From a virus: 64,000 nt of DNA. The stretch spans positions 1 to 64,000 of the IMG/VR virus record IMGVR_UViG_3300032240_000412. One strand, written 5' to 3'. The notes under the pieces are model-generated. The model was not told the origin of the DNA. It was given only the letters and a program-made list of their open reading frames with translations, and searched no databases. Of this stretch, positions 9,706 to 18,926 are shown in pieces (within the stretch, counting starts at the first letter, position 1; each line of letters starts with the position of its first letter). Made by a program: the position numbers and the translations under genes.

Positions 9706-9763
9706 ATTTTTCTCCTTTGTGTGTATGTGTGTTAAACACGAGCTATAGCTGTTGCTACATGAA

Positions 9764-9771
9764 TATTTATA
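9764..9771 (-). promoter_or_regulatory. Late promoter (TATAAATA)
   Basis: Exact T4 gp55 consensus. Confidence 0.75.
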
Positions 9772-9791
9772 TTATAGATAACACCGCCAAC

Positions 9792-9814
9792 AAAAAAGGC
9801 TCCGAAGAGCCTTT
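9792..9814 (-). terminator. Intrinsic terminator after the major capsid gene
   Basis: AAAGGCTC-TTCG-GAGCCTTTTTT with a cUUCGg tetraloop, typical of T4-like phages. Confidence 0.92.
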
Positions 9815-9856
9815 AATGTAACTTCCCATCCCGAGGGTAAAAAGTTTATTCCAATA

Positions 9857-11050
9857 TTACTGGAATGATAGGTTGTTAACACTGATCTCACCTAGGTAGT
9901 CGCCTGCGTTACCTAGAGAAGAAGCTGTGTTAGTTAACTCTACATAGCCATAACGTGTCATAAAGCCAACTACTGGTTCGAATGTAGTTGGATCTAGAAC
10001 AACACCAGAAGACATTAGAGGAATATATGGGCAATAGAATGCGGCGGCATCAGCCTCGCTTGAACCCTTATAACCAACCAATACTGGTGTGCTGTCGCTA
10101 GCATAGCTATCAACATAAACACGCATTGCGCTGTTTAGTGTACCAACGAACTTGGTGTTTGTTGGAGCTTCAAATGTACCTTCTGTTGTACGAGCAAACG
10201 CAGAAGTAGTTGCAGATTGCAATACTGTCAATGCGGCTGGTGATACAACTGCCCAGTTACCTGCGCCACGACGTGTACGCTGGGCGATCAAGTTAGCTGT
10301 ACGGTTGATTAGAACTGCCAATGCGGCATGCTCATCACCAACGAATGTTGCTGTACCAGAAACTGCGGCTTGGTCGTAACCATATTCGGTTGCGGCTAAA
10401 GCACGTAGTGAACCAAGAATTTCTTGGTCAATTTCAACTGTGATCTCTTGAGCAAGAGCGGCCATGATTTCAGCCTCTACGTCGATGCCATGCATAGCTT
10501 GAGCATCTTGAGCGGCTTCAAATGTCCAACGAGCTGATAGCTTGCGAGTTTTCGCTTCTACAACTTGTTTCAAGATTTGAACGTTGATACGGTTACCTGG
10601 CAAACCTTCTAGTGCGCTTGTTGAAGAAGCACGACCAGTTGCGGCGTTACCAGAGTAAGCTGTAGCGATCTTGAATGGAGACAATGCTTCGTCACCAGCT
10701 GATGCGCTTGTACCTAGTGTGTTATCCTGACTACCAGTATAAGCAACGTTATCAGCGTAGCGAACACGTAGAGTATGGATTTGACTTACAGGACCTGTCA
10801 TTGGTTGAACACCTACGATTTCGTTAGCAATAACGGTAGGCATAACACGACGGATAACTGGAAGAATAACACGGTTTAGTGTTGCAACGTTAGAGGCTTG
10901 TGTGCCGCCTGCAGATGCACTCTCAACCAAGTGTTTGCGAGTGTTTTCTAGAACTACACTCATGCTGGTACGCTTAGAACCTTGTAAGCCTTCTAACAGG
11001 GCTTCTTTGGTTTCGGACCAACGGTTTTCAAGTAATTGTTGGGTTGTCAT
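9857..11050 (-). CDS. gp23: Major capsid protein (T4 gp23-like)
   Basis: GVQPMTGP, AKTRKLSARWTFEAAQD, EIDQEI, FYCPYIPL and GFMTRYG motifs. Confidence 0.97.
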   Translation of the reverse strand: MTTQQLLENRWSETKEALLEGLQGSKRTSMSVVLENTRKHLVESASAGGTQASNVATLNRVILPVIRRVMPTVIANEIVGVQPMTGPVSQIHTLRVRYADNVAYTGSQDNTLGTSASAGDEALSPFKIATAYSGNAATGRASSTSALEGLPGNRINVQILKQVVEAKTRKLSARWTFEAAQDAQAMHGIDVEAEIMAALAQEITVEIDQEILGSLRALAATEYGYDQAAVSGTATFVGDEHAALAVLINRTANLIAQRTRRGAGNWAVVSPAALTVLQSATTSAFARTTEGTFEAPTNTKFVGTLNSAMRVYVDSYASDSTPVLVGYKGSSEADAAAFYCPYIPLMSSGVVLDPTTFEPVVGFMTRYGYVELTNTASSLGNAGDYLGEISVNNLSFQ

Positions 11051-11078
11051 TTTCTTTTTTTCCTTTTTTTAAAAGCTA

Positions 11079-12182
11079 TTATTTAAGCCCTGCTAAACGC
11101 TTTAGTTCAATGACATTAGTGTCAATTGACTCGTGTGCGGTGACCTTAGCAGATTTATCTCCAGTTACCTCTGTACGGCTTTCAGCTAACACAGCTTTTG
11201 GAGCTGATGTTTTAACTGTTCCATTATTAAGTACAGCTGGAAGATACTTCTCAAATGCAGACTGTAGCTTATCTGTCTGCACTGATTCGAGTAGTTCGCT
11301 CATTAAAGCGGCCTTCTCTTTGTTTAAAGGTTTCATCATTTCAGCAAGTTTTGTCTTGCGATCTGCAGATTCCTTAATGATCTTAATTTCTTTCTCTTTA
11401 GACTCAACTAATACAGAAGCTTGTTCAACGGCCTTACGAGATTCAGCAATGATTGCTTCTTTCTGCTGTAGTGCTGTTTGTAGTTTAGCAATTTCTTTGT
11501 TCTCATTTAAGTGAGTAACAGCAAATTCGCTAGCAAAAGCTTCGAATAGACGACGACCAAACATGTTCTCGCGAGCAATTTGTACGTCTTCTTTTAGTTG
11601 TGTCAATTCTGCTTCTAGATTCTTAGTAACAGATTCTTTAACAAGTTCAGAGCTACGAGCAATAAATTGCTGTTGTAGTTCACCTAACTTGGCTTTGGCT
11701 CCAGCAATTAGTCGAACTTTTGTTTCAACAACTGCACGTTTGTCCTTCTCAAATTCTTGGATTTCTTCAGCTAAAGTTTTAATCACAAACTGCTCTAGAC
11801 GGCCAATGCTATTTTCATAGCCTTTGCGGTCTTGACGTAGTTCTTGAATTTCTTCTGCTAATTTACTAACCATAAAATCATTGAATTTCTTAGATCCTTC
11901 AACCATGTGACGTTTAAATTTCACGCGGTCTTCGGCAAGAGCTTTCTTCTCAGCTTGGAACTCTCCGAGTTCTGCTGTTAAAGATTCGGTAACCATTTTG
12001 TCTAGAGCCTCAACCATGACTTGTTTGTCATGCTGATAGCGTTGTGCAAATTCTTCACGAAGCTCTGCACGAACTGTTTCTTTAGCTTCAAGAAGTTTTG
12101 CTTCCCAAGCCTCAGAAATAGCCTGCTGAGTACCTTCGTTAATAATGCCACTATCTAGCAATGGTTTGATAGCATCTAACAT
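11079..12182 (-). CDS. gp22: Prohead core scaffolding protein (gp22-like)
   Basis: E/K-rich coiled coil between protease and capsid genes; many L/V-x-E protease sites. Confidence 0.8.
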   Translation of the reverse strand: MLDAIKPLLDSGIINEGTQQAISEAWEAKLLEAKETVRAELREEFAQRYQHDKQVMVEALDKMVTESLTAELGEFQAEKKALAEDRVKFKRHMVEGSKKFNDFMVSKLAEEIQELRQDRKGYENSIGRLEQFVIKTLAEEIQEFEKDKRAVVETKVRLIAGAKAKLGELQQQFIARSSELVKESVTKNLEAELTQLKEDVQIARENMFGRRLFEAFASEFAVTHLNENKEIAKLQTALQQKEAIIAESRKAVEQASVLVESKEKEIKIIKESADRKTKLAEMMKPLNKEKAALMSELLESVQTDKLQSAFEKYLPAVLNNGTVKTSAPKAVLAESRTEVTGDKSAKVTAHESIDTNVIELKRLAGLK

Positions 12183-12192
12183 TGGATATCTC

Positions 12193-12831
12193 CTATAGTT
12201 TTAATTCGTTGATAAGGCGCACCACTGCCTCTTTCATATACTTCTGTACTCTTTGATCGGTGCTTGCATCTCGTGCCATTTCCAATATTTGTGTTCCACC
12301 ACGCATATTCATCAAGCTCTCATAAATTGCTTTTGGATATGCGTTAGGAGCACTTGGTTGTGCCACAACGTCCACAGTAACGATTTCAAAATCGCTAACA
12401 TGTCCTGAACCTTCGTTTACGTTACCTGATCCACGTGAGCTAACACCTAGCTTAACACCACTAGTAAGCATAGCTTTTACAAGCTCGCCCATTGGAGTTG
12501 GTAACACTTTTAATTTGCCGAAACCGCAAGGACCGTCCATCCACATATCAGTAATCATATGCGACACACGATCCAAGTTAATCTTTAAATCATCAGGGTG
12601 ATCTACTTCACCTAAAACTGAATAACCTTCTTTGATTTGTTCATTAATAGTTGAAACGGCTTTTTCAATTTCGTGAACGGGATACACCCTTTGGTTAGCG
12701 TTCTTTACGCCACCTTGGATGAATATCCCTTTCATATAGAGGTCTTTTCCTTTTCCGTCTGCAGACTCTGTAGACTCAACTACAATGTTTGCCCGGTCAA
12801 AAGTCAAATGCTCTTTTAGGTACAAAGCCAT
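12193..12831 (-). CDS. gp21: Prohead core protease (gp21-like)
   Basis: KNANQRVYP, GEVDHP, GVSSRGSG and DVVAQPSAPNA motifs. Confidence 0.95.
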   Translation of the reverse strand: MALYLKEHLTFDRANIVVESTESADGKGKDLYMKGIFIQGGVKNANQRVYPVHEIEKAVSTINEQIKEGYSVLGEVDHPDDLKINLDRVSHMITDMWMDGPCGFGKLKVLPTPMGELVKAMLTSGVKLGVSSRGSGNVNEGSGHVSDFEIVTVDVVAQPSAPNAYPKAIYESLMNMRGGTQILEMARDASTDQRVQKYMKEAVVRLINELKL

Positions 12832-12844
12832 TATCGTGCCCTAA

Positions 12845-13825
12845 TTAACGTACTTTTCCGCCCTGCAATGATCTACCATTGACAGGAACAGATGCGTCTG
12901 TAGTACTACCTTCTTTGGTTTTACCAGACTCTTTAGTTTTGTATGCAGTCTTACCAGCATCTTTACCAGCTACGTTTAGGAATTGACCTGCGCCAGGTAA
13001 TTCACCTTTTTTAGCTGTGCCATAGTTGTTGGCTTGTTTCGGTGCTGTTCCGTCTGGATTCTGTTCTGCTCCACCCTGGTTTAAGTTACCAGCTGTGCCA
13101 CCAAAATCGTTTTTACCAGCAACTGGGTTAGCTGTGTTTACTGTTGGCTCATTGCCACCTGTACCTACTGTGCTACCTTCAGTGTTGTCGCCTTTGTAGA
13201 ACTCTTTGATTTTTTCTACATACTCGCGCATTAATTCTGTTTCACTGCGTGTGCCACGTGATTCTTTAACACTTTCTTCAACGTCTTCTTCAACGTCTTC
13301 TTCTACTTCTTCTTCAACAGCTTCAAATTGAGCTTCTGCTGAGAATTGTTCGTCTGTGCTATCTTGTGTGCCGCCCATGTCCATTGCTGTGTCGCCAGTT
13401 GGTGCACTGTTATCTTGTCCACCATCTGTTTGACTCATTAATTCGTCAAATTTTGCAGTTAGTTGATCAAGTTGACTAGCTAAGTCCATGACGTCGCCTT
13501 TAGTAGCTGGATCAGTGTCGCCACCATCGTCGCCCATAGACATGTCATCACCAGCTGTTGCAGAACTATCTGTGCCGTCTAGATCGCTAACATCGCTAGC
13601 TGGATCTTCGTCACCTTCTGCCATTTCGTCGCCGTTTACTTCGTTAGTAATTTCGTCAACGAATTCGTCAACAGCGTTGCCACCGACTTCTTCTACATTT
13701 TCTTCATCCATAAGGCTTTCGTAGATATCGCGAGATTTTTCTACAACGATCTCATGGAATAATTCTTTAGCTTTCGCTTCGTTATCGTTAATGATGTATT
13801 CAATTAACTTTTCATATTTGTTCAT
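12845..13825 (-). CDS. Acidic prohead core/internal protein
   Basis: 326 aa, D/E-rich and low complexity; between portal and protease genes; AAGGAG RBS. Confidence 0.65.
   Translation of the reverse strand: MNKYEKLIEYIINDNEAKAKELFHEIVVEKSRDIYESLMDEENVEEVGGNAVDEFVDEITNEVNGDEMAEGDEDPASDVSDLDGTDSSATAGDDMSMGDDGGDTDPATKGDVMDLASQLDQLTAKFDELMSQTDGGQDNSAPTGDTAMDMGGTQDSTDEQFSAEAQFEAVEEEVEEDVEEDVEESVKESRGTRSETELMREYVEKIKEFYKGDNTEGSTVGTGGNEPTVNTANPVAGKNDFGGTAGNLNQGGAEQNPDGTAPKQANNYGTAKKGELPGAGQFLNVAGKDAGKTAYKTKESGKTKEGSTTDASVPVNGRSLQGGKVR
13274..13320. repeat. Imperfect 12-bp coding tandem repeat (VEE[DE] x4)
   Basis: TTCTTCAACGTC-type units encoding AVEEEVEEDVEEDVEES. Confidence 0.7.
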
Positions 13826-13857
13826 AGGAACTCCTTTTAAATAATGGCTTGTAAAGT

Positions 13858-13865
13858 TATTTACA
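13858..13865 (-). promoter_or_regulatory. Late promoter (TGTAAATA)
   Basis: Upstream of the head operon, next to the palindrome AACTACGTAGTT. Confidence 0.6.
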
Positions 13866-13917
13866 TAACTACGTAGTTTTTGGGGTTAAATAGGTGTTTT
13901 TTGAAGAATTTTATTGA

Positions 13918-14154
13918 CTATACCCCTAGACCCGGGGATTCTCCACCTTCTGGAGCAACTGCATACTGTACTGCAACGTCTTTTGCTTTGGCTTCTTGTT
14001 CAAATTTACGCACATCGTTGGCCATACGTATTGTGTTAAGATGCTCGAGAGATAAGCGAGTTTTACGAACATCGCTCATTTTAAATGTAGAATTATCCTT
14101 CTTAGCATTGAAGTGGCCGGACTCTTCTTTGTCAAATAATTCTAATATAAACAT
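13918..14154 (-). CDS. Small head-module protein
   Basis: 78 aa, RKTRLSLEHLNTIR; lies between portal and core genes. Confidence 0.7.
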   Translation of the reverse strand: MFILELFDKEESGHFNAKKDNSTFKMSDVRKTRLSLEHLNTIRMANDVRKFEQEAKAKDVAVQYAVAPEGGESPGLGV

Positions 14155-14159
14155 AGTCT

Positions 14160-14167
14160 TATTTATA
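14160..14167 (-). promoter_or_regulatory. Late promoter (TATAAATA) overlapping the portal stop codon
   Basis: Exact consensus 5 nt before the ATG at 14154. Confidence 0.65.
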
Positions 14168-15878
14168 TCGGCGACGTCTGACTTTGGGCGTTGCCAACTC
14201 CACTTGGGTTAGCCGCCGATCCACTTGGCGGTGTAATGCCTGCTTCTCCTGCACCATCTTCACCAGCATCAGGGGGAGTTAAGTCTTCAATATCTGTTTC
14301 CAAGGCGCCCGGAGTAATACCTACGTTACGCAAGCTACTGCCTTCTGGTGCGGCGCTGTCTGCTTTGCCGCGCTCTTCTTTCCAAAGAATTTCGTTTTCA
14401 CTCATTTCCATTTCACTTAGACCCAAGTAACGCTTCATTAACCAGCGTTTGCTTAGGTAAGGATACTGTTCTAGCTGTGTAAATGTGGCAATTCTAGCAC
14501 TATCGATGTCAGCTTGACGATATTGTGCAAAGTTTTGTGGTTCTTCAAACACTAGATCAAACAACTGTCCATCAATGTTGATACCTCTCCAGCGCATAAA
14601 CATCTTGAATTCTTGATCCAGTTTGTCCACAATCATGCTTTGTAGACGCTTACAGTATTGGTTAAAACGCCATTCTTGAATTAATGCTGTGCCCACACGA
14701 CCATCACCCACTGACTGTGTGCCATCATCAGTTCCAGTAGGCAAGTAACTACTAGGAATACGCAAACCGCGGAACAACTTGTTAGTAAAAAACTTCAAAT
14801 CTGTAATTTCACCTAGATTCTGACCACCCGGCAATACATCAACACTGGATCCGCGTCCATCTGCTGTGGTTGGAAAAAAGTAGTCTTCGTTTACAGATAG
14901 TGGATTGTATGTGGCGTCCATCATGTTCTGACCACCACCACTTTGTGTTGGAATTCTGCGTTGATGTACTTCGTTTTTAATACGGTCAACAAACATCATG
15001 GCCATATGACTTGGCATATTACCTACGTCAATTTTGAATACTCTACGTTCCGGAGCACGTTGTACACGATAGATAATGATTGAATCTTCTAGTAGTTCTT
15101 TTTGTTTGAATACTTTAAAAATGTTCTCTAACACCGAGTTACCAAAAGGCCAGTAAATATCCAAACCTTCAGTGAGACTCAAATGAACAACGTGTTCAGA
15201 ATTAATAGCTTTTTCGTTTTGTGCCATTTGAAAACGACTACCGCCTTGTGCTCCACGACTGGGCATTTGGTATGCACCTGTTGCACCACCTGTTTGTGGA
15301 CTGGTAGTAAATGTATCTTGTGTGGTAACCTGTGTTGCTGTCAAGTTCTCAAAGTTGATGTTTAGGTCTTTAATAACATACTGTTCTGGCTTTTTACCTT
15401 CGGCTTCGTTGACAATAATCTTAACGATTTTGGCCATTTCTGTCCAGTGTAACTTGAAATTTTCTGGATCTCTAATAAACACTTGATCGCCATATTTGAT
15501 AGTATTACGAACAATTTTAAAGATACGTTTGTTTAAGTCGTTTAGGCTAACCCATTGATTTAATTGCTCTTTGATAATTTTTACTTCGTTGTCAGTGGGT
15601 TTATCTTTAAAATGAATGTCAAATGCTGTCAGGTTCTCTTGATTCTTTTGTGTGCAGAACTCTGCTAAAATATCCAGAGCCGCGTTAATTTCGCTGTCCA
15701 TGTCCATTTGTTCGTATTGATTATAGCGATCAACACGATTTGGATGGCCAATATATACGTCTGGCAGATTAGTCTGATAGTTCCTGTAGGTGATGTCGGA
15801 CCCTGTTCTACTAGGGCTTCCTACAGGACTTAGCGATGATGGTACATTGCTAGTTTTAAAATATTTTTTCCAACTCAT
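14163..15878 (-). CDS. gp20: Portal protein (gp20-like)
   Basis: LLEDSIIIYRVQRAPERRVFKIDVGNMP, EDYFFP and LPGGQNLGEITD motifs. Confidence 0.97.
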   Translation of the reverse strand: MSWKKYFKTSNVPSSLSPVGSPSRTGSDITYRNYQTNLPDVYIGHPNRVDRYNQYEQMDMDSEINAALDILAEFCTQKNQENLTAFDIHFKDKPTDNEVKIIKEQLNQWVSLNDLNKRIFKIVRNTIKYGDQVFIRDPENFKLHWTEMAKIVKIIVNEAEGKKPEQYVIKDLNINFENLTATQVTTQDTFTTSPQTGGATGAYQMPSRGAQGGSRFQMAQNEKAINSEHVVHLSLTEGLDIYWPFGNSVLENIFKVFKQKELLEDSIIIYRVQRAPERRVFKIDVGNMPSHMAMMFVDRIKNEVHQRRIPTQSGGGQNMMDATYNPLSVNEDYFFPTTADGRGSSVDVLPGGQNLGEITDLKFFTNKLFRGLRIPSSYLPTGTDDGTQSVGDGRVGTALIQEWRFNQYCKRLQSMIVDKLDQEFKMFMRWRGINIDGQLFDLVFEEPQNFAQYRQADIDSARIATFTQLEQYPYLSKRWLMKRYLGLSEMEMSENEILWKEERGKADSAAPEGSSLRNVGITPGALETDIEDLTPPDAGEDGAGEAGITPPSGSAANPSGVGNAQSQTSPI

Positions 15879-15902
15879 ATATAATGGTCTCTCAGTTAAC
15901 TA

Positions 15903-15910
15903 TATTTAAC
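15903..15910 (-). promoter_or_regulatory. Late promoter (GTTAAATA)
   Basis: NNTAAATA in the gap before the portal gene. Confidence 0.55.
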
Positions 15911-15914
15911 TAAA

Positions 15915-18872
15915 TTAAAAGCTGTTGTTTACTAATTGTTGTGTCAGATCTTTGTGTCCGTCCAAGATGTTTACCATATCGTCCGTTTTGTCAAAACTCT
16001 TACGCATTAGTTCTTTTTGGTCATTCATCACACTGATTAACTGATCTACCTTGGCAATAAGTTCTGCGGTACCAGCTTTTTCAGATGACCCTATATCAGT
16101 TTTTTTGGCAGTTTGATTGTCATTACCAGTTAACTGCATGATTTTACTCATGCCTTGCTCAATGGCTTTTTGCATTTCAACTGGGTCAAACTGTTTACCA
16201 GCTTCAAAACCTGATGTGATTGCTTTCAGTGCAGGAAATGCATTTTCAAACGGTAAATTTGTTATGCCTTGAATTGCTTGATTCTTTATTGTATTAAACG
16301 TGTCTGTCAGTAACTCTACATTTTGTGATTGTGCTTTTTTGTCTTCAACAGACAAATCAGTGAATATTGATTTTATTCCAAGTGCTGTATTGTCAAACGC
16401 CGCACTATAGGCCGCAAACCCATTTTTAATAAAATCAATTGATCCTTTGGCTCCTGCACCTGCCGAACCAGGCTGTGTCACATTACCAACTACACGCTCA
16501 ATGCTGTTAGTTAGGTCGCTAAAGTAACTGCCCATGCCAGACATCAGCTGTCCTGGCATTTCACTTGCTAGTTTAATTCCGCCCTTGATGTCTACTGGAA
16601 TAGCCCTACCACCTGGTAGCGGCACAACTGCTTCTGTTCCGTGCAGTTCAACATTGTTGAATCCTTTTTCAGGACCTTCAATAACCCCACCAGTCTTCAT
16701 TTTGACTTTGCCGCCATTTTTTTCTTTTTCAGCAATAGCTTCACGTTCAGACTTTAGTCTTTCTTCCTGTGCTTTGACTACCAAATCACCAAGGAAGCTA
16801 AATCCTGTCAAGGATGCCGCAAAACCACCAACAGCTTCAACACCTCTAGCCAATCCATCTGCTAGTTTCTCAGTGGTAGTAGCAGTCTTATCAAATTTTT
16901 CTTCCACTTTGGCCGCGTCTTTGCTACGGTCTTTGCGATTTAAGTATTCTGTTTCAGACTTCTGACGTTCTACTTGTGCTTTATCTCCTAGGCCTGATAC
17001 TGCTTTACCAGTATCTGTCATGCCTATTGCACTTAATGCTTTGCCAATACCCTGTGGAATTGACTCTAGTGCTCCAGCAAAATACGACTGTGCCTTTTCC
17101 ATCATGGTCATATTGGCACGATTAGCGTCATCTGTTTTGGCTAAGTTTGCACTCACTGTGTCAGCGGCCAAGCCTAGTGCAACCATTTGATCGTGTACAC
17201 CTTTTAATACAGCATTTGCAATGCTAGCAAAATTAGTAATTACACCTGTAAGTTCTTTTTCTATTGCAATTTTTAATGCTTGTCCAGACTGTACTGCTTC
17301 AACATAAGACTTTGTTAATTCGTCCTGTGTCATTTTTGCTTCTTGAATTGATTTTTTACCTGCTTCCACTGATTCTTTAGTCTGTGCATTGGCCTGGTTC
17401 AATGAATCCAACATGCCTTTGGCAACATCGCCAAGTACGCCACCTGTAGCCATTGCGGCTTGCCCTAGTGCTTGCTGTGACAAAATACTCTGTTTAATTT
17501 GCTCACCATACTGAGCATTTAGGTTGGCGTTGGATTCAGCAGTTAATGCATTGTTCTGGAACAGGCCCAATGCGGCTTCACCCTTGGCTCTAGCTCCGGC
17601 TACCTGTGCTTCGTATATTGCGCCTTCTTTGTTAATAACTTCACCAAACACCACACGGTCACGGAAGTTTTTCTTTTCTAAGTCTGTCATTGTTGCCATA
17701 GCGGCATCAATTTGAGCACGTTGTTCAGGTGTCTTTTTAGCAAGTTCTTGTTGGAAAGCCAAAATTTGATTTTCGTTGCGAACTTGCTCTACTTTCTTTT
17801 TGGCATCTTCGCCTGTTAGTGAAGCAATCAAACGCAGGTTCTCTGCATACTTCTGTGTTTGTTCTGCCACTGCTTTATCGCTAACTGTTCCACCTGCACT
17901 TCTACGCATGTTAGCAATAACTTCTGCTGACATTGCGGCTTGTTCTTCAAAGCTGTAGCCTAGTTTAATCAATTGATTCTGTACGCCAGATGCCTTAAGC
18001 TCTTTACCAACTCGCCCAATCTGTTTAGCACCTTCAACAACGCCTATACCTGATTGAGCCAAATTGGTACTTGATGTTTTAAGTACTTCAGCGAATTGTG
18101 TAACTGTTAAGTTTGCATCATGTGCAGTATTACGTAGTCCTGTTAAACCATCAGCAAACATGGCACCTGCATTGGCAGATTCATTATAGGCTTTGGTTGT
18201 TTTTTCTAGTTCTTTGACTGCTACTTCAATACCAAACTTGGCAAGTTCGGTCATCTTTTCAGACACAAATCCTGCTATGCCTGCTAGTGCAGTCAATCCA
18301 ACACCAACTAAACGTGCCGGACCAGGAATCATAGTCAAAGCTGATCCTACTCCGCCAACAACCTTGCTTACACCTTGTACTGTATTGTTTGTCTGGTCTA
18401 AACTGGCAGTAGCAATATCCCCAGCCATCTGAAATCCACTGGCATCACTTTGAACCGCGTTTATTAATGCTTTGGCGCGAGCAATATTGTAATTTACTAG
18501 GCCTTTAACTAGTTCTGCTCCAGCGTCCATTGCTAGTTTTCTATACTGTTCGTTGGCCGCACGTCTCGACATTATGTCAAGCTGTGTTTGTAATCTCTGT
18601 CTGTGTACCGAATCTTCACCAGTTTCGCTAACTTCGTCAATGGTTTCTTGAAGTCTATTTAAATCCCCAATGACATTGCTAAAACTGCCACCAGAGCGTT
18701 TGATCTGCTTGTCTAAATTCTTAAGTTGACGGTCAGCATCTTCGACTGCCTGCCCAGAATCGTCAAATCCGTCTACCAGACGCTTGGTAGCTTTTATCAT
18801 GTCCTCCGTAGAAGTGTTGTATCGTTTGATAAACTCTTCTAATTTCCGGATATCATCATTCTCTAATGCCAT
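15915..18872 (-). CDS. Tail tape measure protein
   Basis: 985 aa, helical and Ala-rich; hydrophobic Gly-rich segment; TGGVIEGP...HGTEAVVPLP motif common in tape measure proteins. Confidence 0.75.
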   Translation of the reverse strand: MALENDDIRKLEEFIKRYNTSTEDMIKATKRLVDGFDDSGQAVEDADRQLKNLDKQIKRSGGSFSNVIGDLNRLQETIDEVSETGEDSVHRQRLQTQLDIMSRRAANEQYRKLAMDAGAELVKGLVNYNIARAKALINAVQSDASGFQMAGDIATASLDQTNNTVQGVSKVVGGVGSALTMIPGPARLVGVGLTALAGIAGFVSEKMTELAKFGIEVAVKELEKTTKAYNESANAGAMFADGLTGLRNTAHDANLTVTQFAEVLKTSSTNLAQSGIGVVEGAKQIGRVGKELKASGVQNQLIKLGYSFEEQAAMSAEVIANMRRSAGGTVSDKAVAEQTQKYAENLRLIASLTGEDAKKKVEQVRNENQILAFQQELAKKTPEQRAQIDAAMATMTDLEKKNFRDRVVFGEVINKEGAIYEAQVAGARAKGEAALGLFQNNALTAESNANLNAQYGEQIKQSILSQQALGQAAMATGGVLGDVAKGMLDSLNQANAQTKESVEAGKKSIQEAKMTQDELTKSYVEAVQSGQALKIAIEKELTGVITNFASIANAVLKGVHDQMVALGLAADTVSANLAKTDDANRANMTMMEKAQSYFAGALESIPQGIGKALSAIGMTDTGKAVSGLGDKAQVERQKSETEYLNRKDRSKDAAKVEEKFDKTATTTEKLADGLARGVEAVGGFAASLTGFSFLGDLVVKAQEERLKSEREAIAEKEKNGGKVKMKTGGVIEGPEKGFNNVELHGTEAVVPLPGGRAIPVDIKGGIKLASEMPGQLMSGMGSYFSDLTNSIERVVGNVTQPGSAGAGAKGSIDFIKNGFAAYSAAFDNTALGIKSIFTDLSVEDKKAQSQNVELLTDTFNTIKNQAIQGITNLPFENAFPALKAITSGFEAGKQFDPVEMQKAIEQGMSKIMQLTGNDNQTAKKTDIGSSEKAGTAELIAKVDQLISVMNDQKELMRKSFDKTDDMVNILDGHKDLTQQLVNNSF

Positions 18873-18883
18873 GGTTTTTTACC

Positions 18884-18891
18884 TATAAATA
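18884..18891 (+). promoter_or_regulatory. Late promoter (TATAAATA) for the gp26-like gene
   Basis: Exact consensus. Confidence 0.75.
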
Positions 18892-18907
18892 AACTAGTAC
18901 TCAATTA

Positions 18908-18915
18908 TATTTATA
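18908..18915 (-). promoter_or_regulatory. Late promoter (TATAAATA) for the tape measure gene
   Basis: Exact consensus on the minus strand. Confidence 0.75.
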
Positions 18916-18926
18916 GGAATCAAAAT

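Noticed and set aside
13880-14212. 110-aa plus-strand ORF opposite the 78-aa head gene
   Set aside because: TTG start, no SD, and its start lies upstream of the nearby TAAATA box. The minus-strand gene fits the operon.
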